Under the pieces are notes generated by a model that saw only the letters and a program-made list of their open reading frames with translations, ran no database searches and was not told where the DNA came from. Positions 19,222-27,645 of a stretch of 64,000 nt of DNA are shown piece after piece. Position 1 is the first letter of the stretch. Each line of letters starts with the position of its first letter. Source of the DNA: a virus; the IMG/VR virus record IMGVR_UViG_3300032516_000009, positions 46,923-110,922 of that record. One strand, given 5' to 3'. Made by a program: the position numbers and the translations under genes.

Positions 19222-19314
19222 AAGCGCACTGTCAATTACTTCATAGGCGCCTACTTTTCATCGACTTCTTCTGGACAGTTAAGACCAACCGTCACCGCCA
19301 GTGCGTTGGCGCGG

Positions 19315-19386
19315 TGGAGCTGAAGGGGTACGATCCCTCGACTCAGGCTTGCAAAGCCTGCGCTCTCCCAACTGAGCTACAGCCCC
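19315..19386 (-). tRNA. tRNA-Ala(TGC)
   Basis: CAGGC-TTTGCAA-GCCTG; G3:U70. Confidence 0.9.
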
Positions 19387-19392
19387 GAATTG

Positions 19393-19466
19393 TGGACCTG
19401 GCCGGACTTGAACCGGCGACCTCCTGACTGCCAGTCAGACGCTACTCCCAACTGAGCTACAGGCCC
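19393..19466 (-). tRNA. tRNA-Ala(GGC)
   Basis: Loop CTGGCAG; G3:U70. Confidence 0.9.
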
Positions 19467-19471
19467 ATTTG

Positions 19472-19544
19472 TGGATCGACCGGGATTCGAACCCGGATTT
19501 GATCGCTGCGAACGATCTGTGCTGCCCATTATCACTATCGACCC
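19472..19544 (-). tRNA. tRNA-Ala(CGC)
   Basis: GATCG-TTCGCAG-CGATC; G3:U70. Confidence 0.9.
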
Positions 19545-19546
19545 AT

Positions 19547-19620
19547 TGGCAGACGGTGAAGGAATCGAACCCTCTCGACGCGAGATTTGGAATCTCGCCG
19601 GCTGCCTTAGCCTACCGCCT
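19547..19620 (-). tRNA. tRNA-Trp(CCA)
   Basis: CGAGA-TTCCAAA-TCTCG; CCA end. Confidence 0.85.
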
Positions 19621-19774
19621 TTAATAACCGATACCACCCCTGTTCACGGGCAGTTATCCCCCTAATTGCAGCCATCTTGATCTTCCGATGGCTAAAATCT
19701 TTGGATTTTCTATGACAAATAGACTATGAATTGGGTCTTGTAATTGGGTTATCAACCCGATATATGGAGTAGCT

Positions 19775-20188
19775 ATGACCACCCCCGCAACATTAACTGC
19801 GCAATTAACCTATACTCCGCCTGGCGGCGGGGCAAATGCCGGTGTTGAGCCATTGGGTTTAGCCCCAACTTATTTAGTAATGAATGCGGCCATACTGGAT
19901 GTTCCGGGTCTTACTGCTGCCGTTACTACATTCAATGTTCCTTTCGGTAGCGTCAGCAAACCAAAGATGGTTGTCATAAAGAATAAAGTGGGTCAGGCCA
20001 TGAGTCTTGTGCTCAATGGGGCGCCCACCACTATTGATATACCAACAAATGGTGAATTCATTTTTGGAGCACCACTCGTTCTTGCTGCTCCTGCCACCGG
20101 GTTTATGACATCAGTCGCTTTAATCACCACAGATACTCAGGGTGCAACGGCGGGTTATATTGAAACCTTTGTATTTGGCGACGAGTAG
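19775..20188 (+). CDS. Putative virion structural beta-sandwich protein
   Basis: GGAG RBS; Ala/Thr/Gly-rich; paralog of the next gene. Confidence 0.6.
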   Translation: MTTPATLTAQLTYTPPGGGANAGVEPLGLAPTYLVMNAAILDVPGLTAAVTTFNVPFGSVSKPKMVVIKNKVGQAMSLVLNGAPTTIDIPTNGEFIFGAPLVLAAPATGFMTSVALITTDTQGATAGYIETFVFGDE

Positions 20189-20200
20189 GAGATTTGAATC

Positions 20201-20824
20201 ATGTCTAACGCAATATTGACAGCCTCTCTTGGTTATACTCCCCCTGGTGGCGGCTCTGGGAGTGCCACGGCAGTATTAACTGCAACTGCTCCATATACAG
20301 CCGAGAGTATCGGTATTATGGACATTCCGGCTAGTACAATAGAAGGTGTAGAATTTCAGATCCCATTCGGTACAATTAGCGAAGCTTTTTGTCTAGTTAT
20401 TAAAAATACCAATAGTCAGAGCATGGGTGTTCGTTTCAATGCAGTTGTGGGCGTTGGACCTGATGAATACCAAATGCCGCCTGGTGGTGAGTTAATTATC
20501 AATCATCCTGTTGGTGCTGGTACGACTGTTGCTGATGGTGTAACTAATACTGATGTATCATTCGTATCAGCAACAGCTGCATTCGTGACAGCCGATGAAA
20601 CTAAACGAATCATCATAGCGGGAGCTGGCGCTGGTGGTACTGATCTGGATACCACAATCGATACAGTCACTAATCCAACCACCATCATACTGACTGACCC
20701 CACTTCTTCTACTGATACCGATGTAACAGCCACATGGTCTACTCCTATGGCGAAAGCATCAGTAGTAACGACCGCCGTTCAAGGTGCTTCTGGAACTGTT
20801 CAATATTTCGTATTCGGTATATAA
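20201..20824 (+). CDS. Putative virion structural protein, paralog of 19775 with a Thr-rich insertion
   Basis: Shares LTAxLxYTPPGGG, PFG, VIKN and FVFG motifs. Confidence 0.6.
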   Translation: MSNAILTASLGYTPPGGGSGSATAVLTATAPYTAESIGIMDIPASTIEGVEFQIPFGTISEAFCLVIKNTNSQSMGVRFNAVVGVGPDEYQMPPGGELIINHPVGAGTTVADGVTNTDVSFVSATAAFVTADETKRIIIAGAGAGGTDLDTTIDTVTNPTTIILTDPTSSTDTDVTATWSTPMAKASVVTTAVQGASGTVQYFVFGI

Positions 20825-20831
20825 TATTTAG

Positions 20832-20904
20832 CGGGGATGACGGGGTACGATCCCGCAACCTCTGGATCGACAATCCAGCGCGCTGCCAATTGCGCCACAT
20901 CCCC
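20832..20904 (-). tRNA. tRNA-Asp(GTC)
   Basis: CTGGA-TTGTCGA-TCCAG; T loop ATCGTAC. Confidence 0.9.
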
Positions 20905-21028
20905 AAAAGCCGGTTTCGCAAGGTACGGGCCCGGCAACCCGATTTCTAAACACTCGTACCTAGACCCCAGCAAGTGGGTAACCTACGAGCGGCCTTGCTG
21001 AAGAAACTTTTTATATATTATATATAAT

Positions 21029-21790
21029 TTATTGCTCAATAAAACTATGGCATTTTGGATGAGTTTTTCGATATCTAGCTTTTGTTCTATTAGCTATGCA
21101 TCGTTTACATCGGTAGAGAATATGCCCAGTATTTCGTACATATGTTTCATAGCATTCTGTAAATGGTACGAGTCCGTGTTTCCCACATGAAACGTACCCA
21201 TCCACTTCTCTTCGGAAAGCAGAAGTGGCTTTAGAAAGTGCTAAGCGAGTAGCTTGAGAACACGGTTTACCGATTTGTTGTAACCTAATCTTCTCACGCC
21301 ATTCCAACCACTCCGGTCTAGAAAACACTTCAGATAACGTAGCCGAGATTTTGGCTTTTACAATCGGATCATTAACTATGGTACGCATCTTTTCTCCATG
21401 TTTTCGTCGATACTCAGGATCATTCCAGACATAATTCGGATCTCTCCACGGATTTTTTCGTTCTGGATTAGGTAGATATTTACCGCCTTTTGCTAAATTA
21501 AATCCCTTTTCCGGATTCCTGGCATCATAAAATTCGATCCATTTTTCTTCAGCTAAATTGGCCGCTTCTAATGTATTACATGTCTCCAATATTTCATGAG
21601 AAAATGCATCTTTCCCATATTTACGAATAGCATTCCAGAAATGAGCGCATCTTCTACCCATACCCCTCTTACATGCGTTGTAAACATGTTCATTCCAGCG
21701 TTGAAGCATGCGCTTCTTTGTTAATCCAACGTATTGACGTCCAGACTCAATATGAATATGACAATAAATTGTCCATTTTGAAGATTCCAT
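21029..21790 (-). CDS. GIY-YIG homing endonuclease (Seg-like)
   Basis: TIYCHIH...YVGLT...RWNEH...AIRKYG...GFNLAKGG. Confidence 0.85.
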   Translation of the reverse strand: MESSKWTIYCHIHIESGRQYVGLTKKRMLQRWNEHVYNACKRGMGRRCAHFWNAIRKYGKDAFSHEILETCNTLEAANLAEEKWIEFYDARNPEKGFNLAKGGKYLPNPERKNPWRDPNYVWNDPEYRRKHGEKMRTIVNDPIVKAKISATLSEVFSRPEWLEWREKIRLQQIGKPCSQATRLALSKATSAFRREVDGYVSCGKHGLVPFTECYETYVRNTGHILYRCKRCIANRTKARYRKTHPKCHSFIEQ

Positions 21791-22334
21791 TCTTAAACTG
21801 TACCAGATCAACAATCTTCAGAGAACGGCAGCACCGCATCCCCGTCTCATAAAATTGAAACGCTGGCTCATGAAAATCATTTGATTTGTAGCAAGAACTG
21901 ACGGCGTGAGCCCACCACCCGCCTTTTAAAGTATAAGGCCAGTCACGACCTTTACGTGAAATTACCCATTCTTCAACATTTCCAATTAAGTCATAAACTC
22001 CGCTTGAGGTTCTACAATTAACATATGACCCTGACCTTGAACCCTGCCATAATTCATCATGTCGCCAATTTTTGGACCAAGGAATCCATTGTTTGTCGTT
22101 ATTGCATGGTCCGCTAGAAATTTCGCAAGCGGTGTCCCATTCATATTCAGTGCAGAGCCGCTTACCACGCTCCTTACACCATGTCTGAGCATCAATGGCT
22201 GATTGCATAACTAGCGGAAACGCCCCTTTAACATTGGGCGCTTCATATTTATCTATGCAAAAATATTTAATCGGGGCCATGTCCGCTGGACAAAGCCCCA
22301 AAAAATTAACTACTACAGCGATTAAATCCCACAC
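21747..22334 (-). CDS. FGE-sulfatase (SUMF1-like) domain protein
   Basis: GKRLCTEYEW, GVYDLIGNVEEWV, KGGWW, GMRCC. Confidence 0.85.
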   Translation of the reverse strand: MWDLIAVVVNFLGLCPADMAPIKYFCIDKYEAPNVKGAFPLVMQSAIDAQTWCKERGKRLCTEYEWDTACEISSGPCNNDKQWIPWSKNWRHDELWQGSRSGSYVNCRTSSGVYDLIGNVEEWVISRKGRDWPYTLKGGWWAHAVSSCYKSNDFHEPAFQFYETGMRCCRSLKIVDLVQFKNGIFKMDNLLSYSY

Positions 22335-22423
22335 TCTAGTAGACTACATTCATCAAAGATTATAGCAGTTATAAGTTGGGTATCGAAATTATCGTTTTCA
22401 ATTTCTTATTGCTATTTCTAAGT

Positions 22424-23047
22424 ATGGAGACAATAATTCTGACATGCGAAAAATGTGGCAAGATTTTCGAACGTAATGCATCATTGTATAGATCTGATAT
22501 AAATCGAGGTCGGAGTAGAACGTTTTGTTCCAAATTATGCATCGGGATAACAGGCGCCCCACCTCTTAAGACTAAATGCGATAACTGTGGCAAAGAAATC
22601 ATCAAAACACTTAAAGATGCCAAGAAGTCTTTAAGTGGTAGACATTATTGTTCTATCTCTTGTTCTGTATCAAAAAATAATAAATATAGACTAAATAGGT
22701 CAAAAATACGAATCTGTATTGATTGTGGTTCTACATTTAATAAATGTAGAACCACAAGATGTTCTCATTGTCTTAAAGAATGGAGCAATAGATTATTGAA
22801 ACGGAAAAAGTCAGAAGCTAATAGACAAGATATTGGTTCTCATGCTAGATACGTTGCCAATAAAAATGGGTTATTAGAAAAATGTATGATATGCGGATAT
22901 TCATTTCATGTAGACACGTGTCATCGTAAGGCAGTTAGATCATTTCCTGGCGATACGTTAATTAGAGACATAAACAACATTTCAAATTTATTAGGATTGT
23001 GTAAAAACCATCACTGGGAATTCGATAATAAATTGTTAGCGCTCTAG
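22424..23047 (+). CDS. HNH endonuclease with N-terminal Zn-finger repeats
   Basis: CxxCGK repeats; VDTCH...NLLGLCKNHHWEFD. Confidence 0.85.
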   Translation: METIILTCEKCGKIFERNASLYRSDINRGRSRTFCSKLCIGITGAPPLKTKCDNCGKEIIKTLKDAKKSLSGRHYCSISCSVSKNNKYRLNRSKIRICIDCGSTFNKCRTTRCSHCLKEWSNRLLKRKKSEANRQDIGSHARYVANKNGLLEKCMICGYSFHVDTCHRKAVRSFPGDTLIRDINNISNLLGLCKNHHWEFDNKLLAL

Positions 23048-23182
23048 TGGGGGATTGGGACTCGAACCCAGTGCTTGTTAGGACCACATATTGCTTCCTT
23101 TAATGGGAAGCGAGGAATGGACCTGGGAGCTTGCGCTCCAGCTTGTATGGCTGGCGAGGGAACCACACCCTCTGTATCCCCC
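23048..23182 (-). ncRNA. tRNA-framed Y-RNA-like RNA A1
   Basis: Acceptor GGGGGAT/ATCCCCC, D-like arm and TTCGAGT T arm enclose AGGTCCAT-TCCTC-GCTTCC...GGAAGC-AATAT-GTGGTCCT-AACAAGC. Confidence 0.8.
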
Positions 23183-23186
23183 GAAC

Positions 23187-23312
23187 GAGATCAGAGATTG
23201 GTTGAACGTTCGAGACGTGGTACTTTTGGTTTTGTGCTCCACATTGAGAGCACAAAGGCTGACTTAGACAGTTAGCTTGTTAGCACCACAAATTGAACGC
23301 CCAACTGATCTC
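23187..23312 (-). ncRNA. Y-RNA-like RNA B1
   Basis: GTTC-AATTT-GTGGTGCT-AACAAGC...two hairpins...ACCA..AGTACCAC-GTCTC-GAAC; G:U pairs fix the strand. Confidence 0.8.
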
Positions 23313-23346
23313 CTACTCCGTGACGTGATCTGTCCGTCGCTTTTCC

Positions 23347-23375
23347 ACTTTACACTTGAAAAACCCAAGTGTCAA
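23347..23375 (-). promoter_or_regulatory. Sigma70-type promoter for RNA B1/A1
   Basis: TTGACA-17 nt-TAAAGT. Confidence 0.65.
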
Positions 23376-23386
23376 GTGTCAAAAAA

Positions 23387-23514
23387 TTTGGTGTCCGAGA
23401 TGCGGCGCTGGACTTGGTTGCAATACCGGGTTTGAACCGGCGACTTTCTGTACCAAAACAGATGCCCTACCAACTGGGCGAATTGCGTGTTAGCACCGCT
23501 AGTTGGACACCGAA
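23387..23514 (-). ncRNA. Y-RNA-like RNA B2 enclosing a tRNA-Pro(TGG)-like cloverleaf (23415-23487)
   Basis: GTCC-AACTA-GCGGTGCT-AACACGC [D, anticodon and T arms, ACCA] AGCGCCGC-ATCTC-GGAC. Confidence 0.8.
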
Positions 23515-23612
23515 AATATTTTACACCGAGACTGGTTTATTACGCAAGGTGTAGCGAAATAGTGGAATCGAATAAATTCCCAACATTTCGACTTTTAATT
23601 CTTGCTACAGGT

Positions 23613-24227
23613 ATGAAAATGATTACTCTAGTATGTACGGGATGTGGGAAAAATTTCCAACGAAGAGAATCGTGTTACAAAGCAAACATAGCTCGTGGAA
23701 GAATTAAAGTTTACTGTTCGAGAATTTGTCTAGGGGAGTCTCAACGGGTTCCGATAGCTGAGATTGAATGTAAAAACTGTGGAAAAATAATAGATAGATT
23801 AAATAAAGATGTGAACAGGTCTAAAAATCATTTCTGTTCGATATCATGTTCTACAGTATATAACAATAAACATCGTCAACATAAATTATATACATGTGCA
23901 TGCGGTACTAAATTCATTAGACATAATGGAAGTATAAAATGCAACAAATGTATAGAAACATGGAAAAATAGATTGTTAAAACGAGAAAAATCTAAAGTCG
24001 CTAAACGCGATATTACAGGCAGTGCAAGAATAATAGCAAAAAAACATGGGTTACTAAAACAATGTGCAGTTTGCAGTTATTCTCTACATGTAGACGCGTG
24101 TCATCGTAGATCAATAAATTCATTCCCCGACAATACACTAATTCAAGAAATCAATAATGTAAAAAATCTAATTGGATTGTGTAAAAATCATCATTGGGAA
24201 TTTGATCATGGACATCTTACAATTTAG
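23613..24227 (+). CDS. HNH endonuclease, paralog of 22424
   Basis: VDACH...NLIGLCKNHHWEFD. Confidence 0.85.
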   Translation: MKMITLVCTGCGKNFQRRESCYKANIARGRIKVYCSRICLGESQRVPIAEIECKNCGKIIDRLNKDVNRSKNHFCSISCSTVYNNKHRQHKLYTCACGTKFIRHNGSIKCNKCIETWKNRLLKREKSKVAKRDITGSARIIAKKHGLLKQCAVCSYSLHVDACHRRSINSFPDNTLIQEINNVKNLIGLCKNHHWEFDHGHLTI

Positions 24228-24303
24228 TAGCGGAGGTGAGATTCGAACTCACGATCTCTTGGTTATGAGCCAAGTGGGAACGACCAGACTTCCCTACCCC
24301 GCA
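24228..24303 (-). tRNA. tRNA-Met(CAT), initiator-like
   Basis: CTTGG-CTCATAA-CCAAG; 1:72 mismatch, but only two G:C pairs in the anticodon stem. Confidence 0.8.
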
Positions 24304-24309
24304 ATATTT

Positions 24310-24423
24310 GGAATTGAACGTTCGAGGTGCGACGCTTTTGGGAGTCGGTCATCATTGTGTGACCGACTGTATATTCCTTATGAGGGAATGCGTGTTAGCG
24401 CCGCGAATTGAACATCCATTTCC
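24310..24423 (-). ncRNA. Y-RNA-like RNA B3
   Basis: GTTC-AATTC-GCGGCGCT-AACACGC...two hairpins...CCCA..AGCGTCGC-ACCTC-GAAC. Confidence 0.8.
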
Positions 24424-24433
24424 ACTTTACATT

Positions 24434-24976
24434 TTAGCACCGATTGTTTACGGTGACAAGAATTGATCGCCAAGGCTGGGATCGCCATTCCCCAAATATC
24501 CCCATCTCTGTTACCAGTTTTATTACCGGTATGAACTGTTTCCAGGCTTCATACGGCATATCATTGCGAACGTAATTACACCTAATGCATGCCGGTATAA
24601 CATTATCTTTCATATGAGCCTTATTATTGTCTATCCTATCTAGTGTTATACGTAAAGATTTGCTTCCGCAGTATGAACACCCGTTCTGAATCAGATCGCG
24701 AACGAACTCGCGGTCTAAATCATTACCCTGCCTACCATGTCTCTGATCCGACTGTTTACTATCGTGCACAATAAACGTATGCGGATATTTTTGTCGTCTT
24801 AGGGACCTATACTCTTTTTCCTGTATGGCAGTCTTATTTTTCTGACATTTATTGCATACTCTAGCTCTATGGCCATTCCATATACGACCACGTGACCCTG
24901 TAGGTCTAAGCCAACTCTTGGGAAACGCAGTAATCTTTTTCTTTAGAAGACATTTAGTACAGACTCTATGATCCAT
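24434..24976 (-). CDS. HNH-like endonuclease
   Basis: CSYCG...LDRIDNNKAH...NVIPACIRCN. Confidence 0.8.
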   Translation of the reverse strand: MDHRVCTKCLLKKKITAFPKSWLRPTGSRGRIWNGHRARVCNKCQKNKTAIQEKEYRSLRRQKYPHTFIVHDSKQSDQRHGRQGNDLDREFVRDLIQNGCSYCGSKSLRITLDRIDNNKAHMKDNVIPACIRCNYVRNDMPYEAWKQFIPVIKLVTEMGIFGEWRSQPWRSILVTVNNRC

Positions 24977-25039
24977 ACTAACAAGCACTATGAAAGGTTT
25001 AGCACATGCTTGTTAGGTCTCCCTGATGGACGCGAGTAG

Positions 25040-25166
25040 CGGGGTGTTCCGGATTCGAACCGGTGCTTGTGAGGACTACCGAGTGCTTCCTTAATAGAAG
25101 CGAGGAGCAATCCTGGTTGTTCCCAATTGCAAATAACTGGTGGGCTGCCATTGCCCTGTACACCCC
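25040..25166 (-). ncRNA. tRNA-framed Y-RNA-like RNA A2
   Basis: Acceptor GGGGTGT/ACACCCC, D and T arms; AGGATTGC-TCCTC-GCTTCT...GGAAGC-ACTCG-GTAGTCCT-CACAAGC. Confidence 0.8.
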
Positions 25167-25170
25167 AAAA

Positions 25171-25257
25171 TGTAAACGTTCGAGACGCGGTGCTTGGTTT
25201 CAGCTTCTTTACCTTAGCAGGGTATTGCTTGTTAGCACTGCAATTTGAACGCCTACA
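25171..25257 (-). ncRNA. Y-RNA-like RNA B4
   Basis: GTTC-AAATT-GCAGTGCT-AACAAGC...ACCA-AGCACCGC-GTCTC-GAAC. Confidence 0.8.
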
Positions 25258-25279
25258 TCAAACTTTACATTGAGCCATA

Positions 25280-25855
25280 TTAAATGCGAGTGGCCCCGCC
25301 CGGGAAGATTTGATATCCGATTTTCTTCCCGTGTTCGATGAAAATCTGAACTGACATGGCCATATATGACGAAACTATTGAAATAAATGGCAAATGTTCC
25401 CCATTTTCACAGGTAGCAGCCCCGGCATTAGTTTCATCGTCAATTTGGAAGCTTTCGTCCCAAATGGATCGACCGAATTGTCCATCGGCAGCCAGCGCGC
25501 CATGAAGACATGGAACCTTATTCTGGCGTGCGAAATTTTGCACCAGCCTTCGAGCTTCACCATTATCTAAACAATCAACGATAAGATCTGACTGTGAAAG
25601 AAGTTGACTATCGTTATTAGCTACGAGTTTGTGAGGAATTACCTGAACCTTCAAACCAAATAGAAATTGCAGTGTCTGCTGAAGTGCCACCACCTTGGCC
25701 TTCCCGACGGAAGATTTGGCGTGGAACTGGGACATTACGTTCTTCTGTTCAATTCTATCAAAGTCAATAACGCGGATGGACACGCCTAGATTCCGCAGCA
25801 AAGGAACCAAATGAGAACCCAGTGCCCCAACACCAACGATCGTTACAATCTTCAT
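25280..25855 (-). CDS. ThiF/MoeB-family E1-like adenylyltransferase
   Basis: IVGVGALGS, IDFDRIEQKN..SQ, GKAKV, IVDCLDN, candidate catalytic Cys in ATCE. Confidence 0.9.
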   Translation of the reverse strand: MKIVTIVGVGALGSHLVPLLRNLGVSIRVIDFDRIEQKNVMSQFHAKSSVGKAKVVALQQTLQFLFGLKVQVIPHKLVANNDSQLLSQSDLIVDCLDNGEARRLVQNFARQNKVPCLHGALAADGQFGRSIWDESFQIDDETNAGAATCENGEHLPFISIVSSYMAMSVQIFIEHGKKIGYQIFPGGATRI

Positions 25856-26088
25856 TTATTCTTCTTGGTCTTTATGCGTTTACGAACATTAGTCTTTCCG
25901 CGCCACCGGCAATTTTGTTCGTGTTTCTTAGCGCTCTTCTCAGCAGATTCCTGGGTGAAGAACTTATAACTGGATCCCCAATAAGCTTCACATACCCCAT
26001 CGAAATCTGCTGAGAAGCACCCGTGTCGATTGTCTCGCCCATCACAGCGGTATTCCCAATCACGGGTCTTTTTACGTGCAGTAGCCAT
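25852..26088 (-). CDS. Small basic Cys/His protein between Ubl and E1
   Basis: GAGGA RBS, ATG 26088, ATGA overlap with E1. Confidence 0.6.
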   Translation of the reverse strand: MATARKKTRDWEYRCDGRDNRHGCFSADFDGVCEAYWGSSYKFFTQESAEKSAKKHEQNCRWRGKTNVRKRIKTKKNK

Positions 26089-26098
26089 GAATTCCTCG

Positions 26099-26467
26099 TT
26101 ACCCCCGGAGCCGGCGCCGACGTCCGAATGGCGTCTTAGGTCGAAGCATGCAACGTGCGACAGGCACGGCCTCATTCGCCGGGAACCTATCGACCACGAA
26201 ATCCGTGAAATCCGCATTCGGATCGGCCGGAATTCCCGGCACGCTCCCAGCACGTACAGCCTCGGTCGCCCAACGCTTAATGTCTGCGTCACTGGCGTCC
26301 CTAGTTACTGGATCGGGCAAATCCCCGTTGGCGCCATTGTAGGTTACGTTGAGTCTGGCCATGTCGGCTTCCATGACCTCAGCAACCATACTCATGCGCT
26401 CTCCAGGCTCCCCAACTAGGTCAACAGCCGCCTCAATCCTATCAACCGCGTCGTTTCGATCTACCAT
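26099..26467 (-). CDS. Ubiquitin-like (beta-grasp) protein with C-terminal extension
   Basis: AGGAGGAG RBS; strand-strand-helix-strand pattern ending LRPKTPFG-RRRRLRG; operon context. Confidence 0.65.
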   Translation of the reverse strand: MVDRNDAVDRIEAAVDLVGEPGERMSMVAEVMEADMARLNVTYNGANGDLPDPVTRDASDADIKRWATEAVRAGSVPGIPADPNADFTDFVVDRFPANEAVPVARCMLRPKTPFGRRRRLRG

Positions 26468-26513
26468 TTGCGTCTCCTCCTGTTATTTACACCGGAAGTC
26501 TTGAAATTTACGA

Positions 26514-26726
26514 CTATCGTGAATGAATATATTCTTTCCACATATCATCCCAATAATCAGCGTATTCTTTTGAACAATCTTCGCAGAACCAATATCCCGC
26601 ACCAACCTCTTCATCAGCATAGGCCGTAAGAGACGGGTGAAACGCTATCTCTTTCGTATCGCCACATCGTTCACATTCGACTTCCATCACCTCAGTAACT
26701 ATGGCAATGGCGTCTGTGGCATTCAT
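26514..26726 (-). CDS. Small Zn-finger protein
   Basis: CERC...CEDC. Confidence 0.6.
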   Translation of the reverse strand: MNATDAIAIVTEVMEVECERCGDTKEIAFHPSLTAYADEEVGAGYWFCEDCSKEYADYWDDMWKEYIHSR

Positions 26727-27235
26727 GTAACTGGATGCAACTGCTGGATCATTTGTTCCATATATTCAAGCTGATCCTGCGGCCCAATAACTTCACGCCG
26801 CGTATCACCTGCTTTAACTAGGATGATGATTTTATCTGATGCAAGATGATTCAGTAAATCTTGTGATTTATCAAAAGAGCCCGGAATAACCTCCCTGGCA
26901 ACCAATGCCTGCCCTCCGGGATAAATAATGGCTCTATCATTTGCCAATGTCACATCAAATACGATCCCCAAGGAGTCAGGTCGATCCTTATTAGTAAGTA
27001 ATCCTAATCGCCAAAGACAACTCCATGCTCTGCATCCAGATGGGCGCTTGTTGTAAATAGCGCAGCCATCTTGGCCAACGTGCGGACATGATTCGAATGC
27101 GGGTTTATTGATTTCTCCAACAGCCTGAGAAAAACAACAAGCCGTACAGGGGCCACAGCAGCGATTCTTCATCGCTTGCTTGATCGAATGCTGCATCTGT
27201 TTTTTAGATGCCCTGCGAGCCGCTCTATTACTCAT
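26723..27235 (-). CDS. YkgJ-like CxxCxxCC cysteine-cluster protein
   Basis: CGPCTACC...CPH...CAIYNKRPSGCRAWSCLW. Confidence 0.8.
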   Translation of the reverse strand: MSNRAARRASKKQMQHSIKQAMKNRCCGPCTACCFSQAVGEINKPAFESCPHVGQDGCAIYNKRPSGCRAWSCLWRLGLLTNKDRPDSLGIVFDVTLANDRAIIYPGGQALVAREVIPGSFDKSQDLLNHLASDKIIILVKAGDTRREVIGPQDQLEYMEQMIQQLHPVT

Positions 27236-27439
27236 CTAGCTATCCTGTATTGATTCGACGATTGCGACACTACATTCTCCGATAATGCTATCTTCTAAAC
27301 CATCACCCGTAACATAAGTTGTGCTGTTATTGTAGCTTACTGGAGGGTTCCCGCGTAAAACTAAGAGATGCCACCCGCAGCGGCATTCCCATTCGTCATT
27401 GGGCCCATTTCTTCCTATCCATTTCCATTTGTGTGACAT
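27236..27439 (-). CDS. HxW-CxxC-C Zn-finger microprotein with C-terminal tag
   Basis: MSHKW...CRCG...ECSVAIVESIQDS. Confidence 0.65.
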   Translation of the reverse strand: MSHKWKWIGRNGPNDEWECRCGWHLLVLRGNPPVSYNNSTTYVTGDGLEDSIIGECSVAIVESIQDS

Positions 27440-27645
27440 TATTCGTTCTGTATTGATCTAACAATTTTTACATCACATTCATCATACATATTTTCAACTG
27501 GTTCTCCTATAATCGTTAAATCAATTTCTGGAGATAACCCCGGTCTTGTCATAATGTAACTGCCGCATCTTTTACATGTCCATTCATCGTACATGGGGGT
27601 AGCACCCTTGTGCACTCTGGTTGATTTTTCCCATTCATGTGCCAT
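27439..27645 (-). CDS. HxW-CxxC-C Zn-finger microprotein with C-terminal tag
   Basis: MAHEW...CKRCG...ECDVKIVRSIQNE. Confidence 0.65.
   Translation of the reverse strand: MAHEWEKSTRVHKGATPMYDEWTCKRCGSYIMTRPGLSPEIDLTIIGEPVENMYDECDVKIVRSIQNE

Noticed and set aside
16764-19665. Track ORFs overlapping tRNAs (e.g. 16764, 16954, 16994, 19116, 19377, 19471), and likewise 6329, 12569-12808, 36770, 37978 and 39200
   Set aside because: These are spurious translations of tRNA or ncRNA sequence.
21747-22334. DGR target (FGE/CLec fold)
   Set aside because: No reverse transcriptase or template repeat is visible in the window.
23187-25257. Repeated GAACG...GTTAGCAC segments as a CRISPR array
   Set aside because: Spacing is irregular, the copies covary as RNA helices instead of staying identical, and no cas genes are present.
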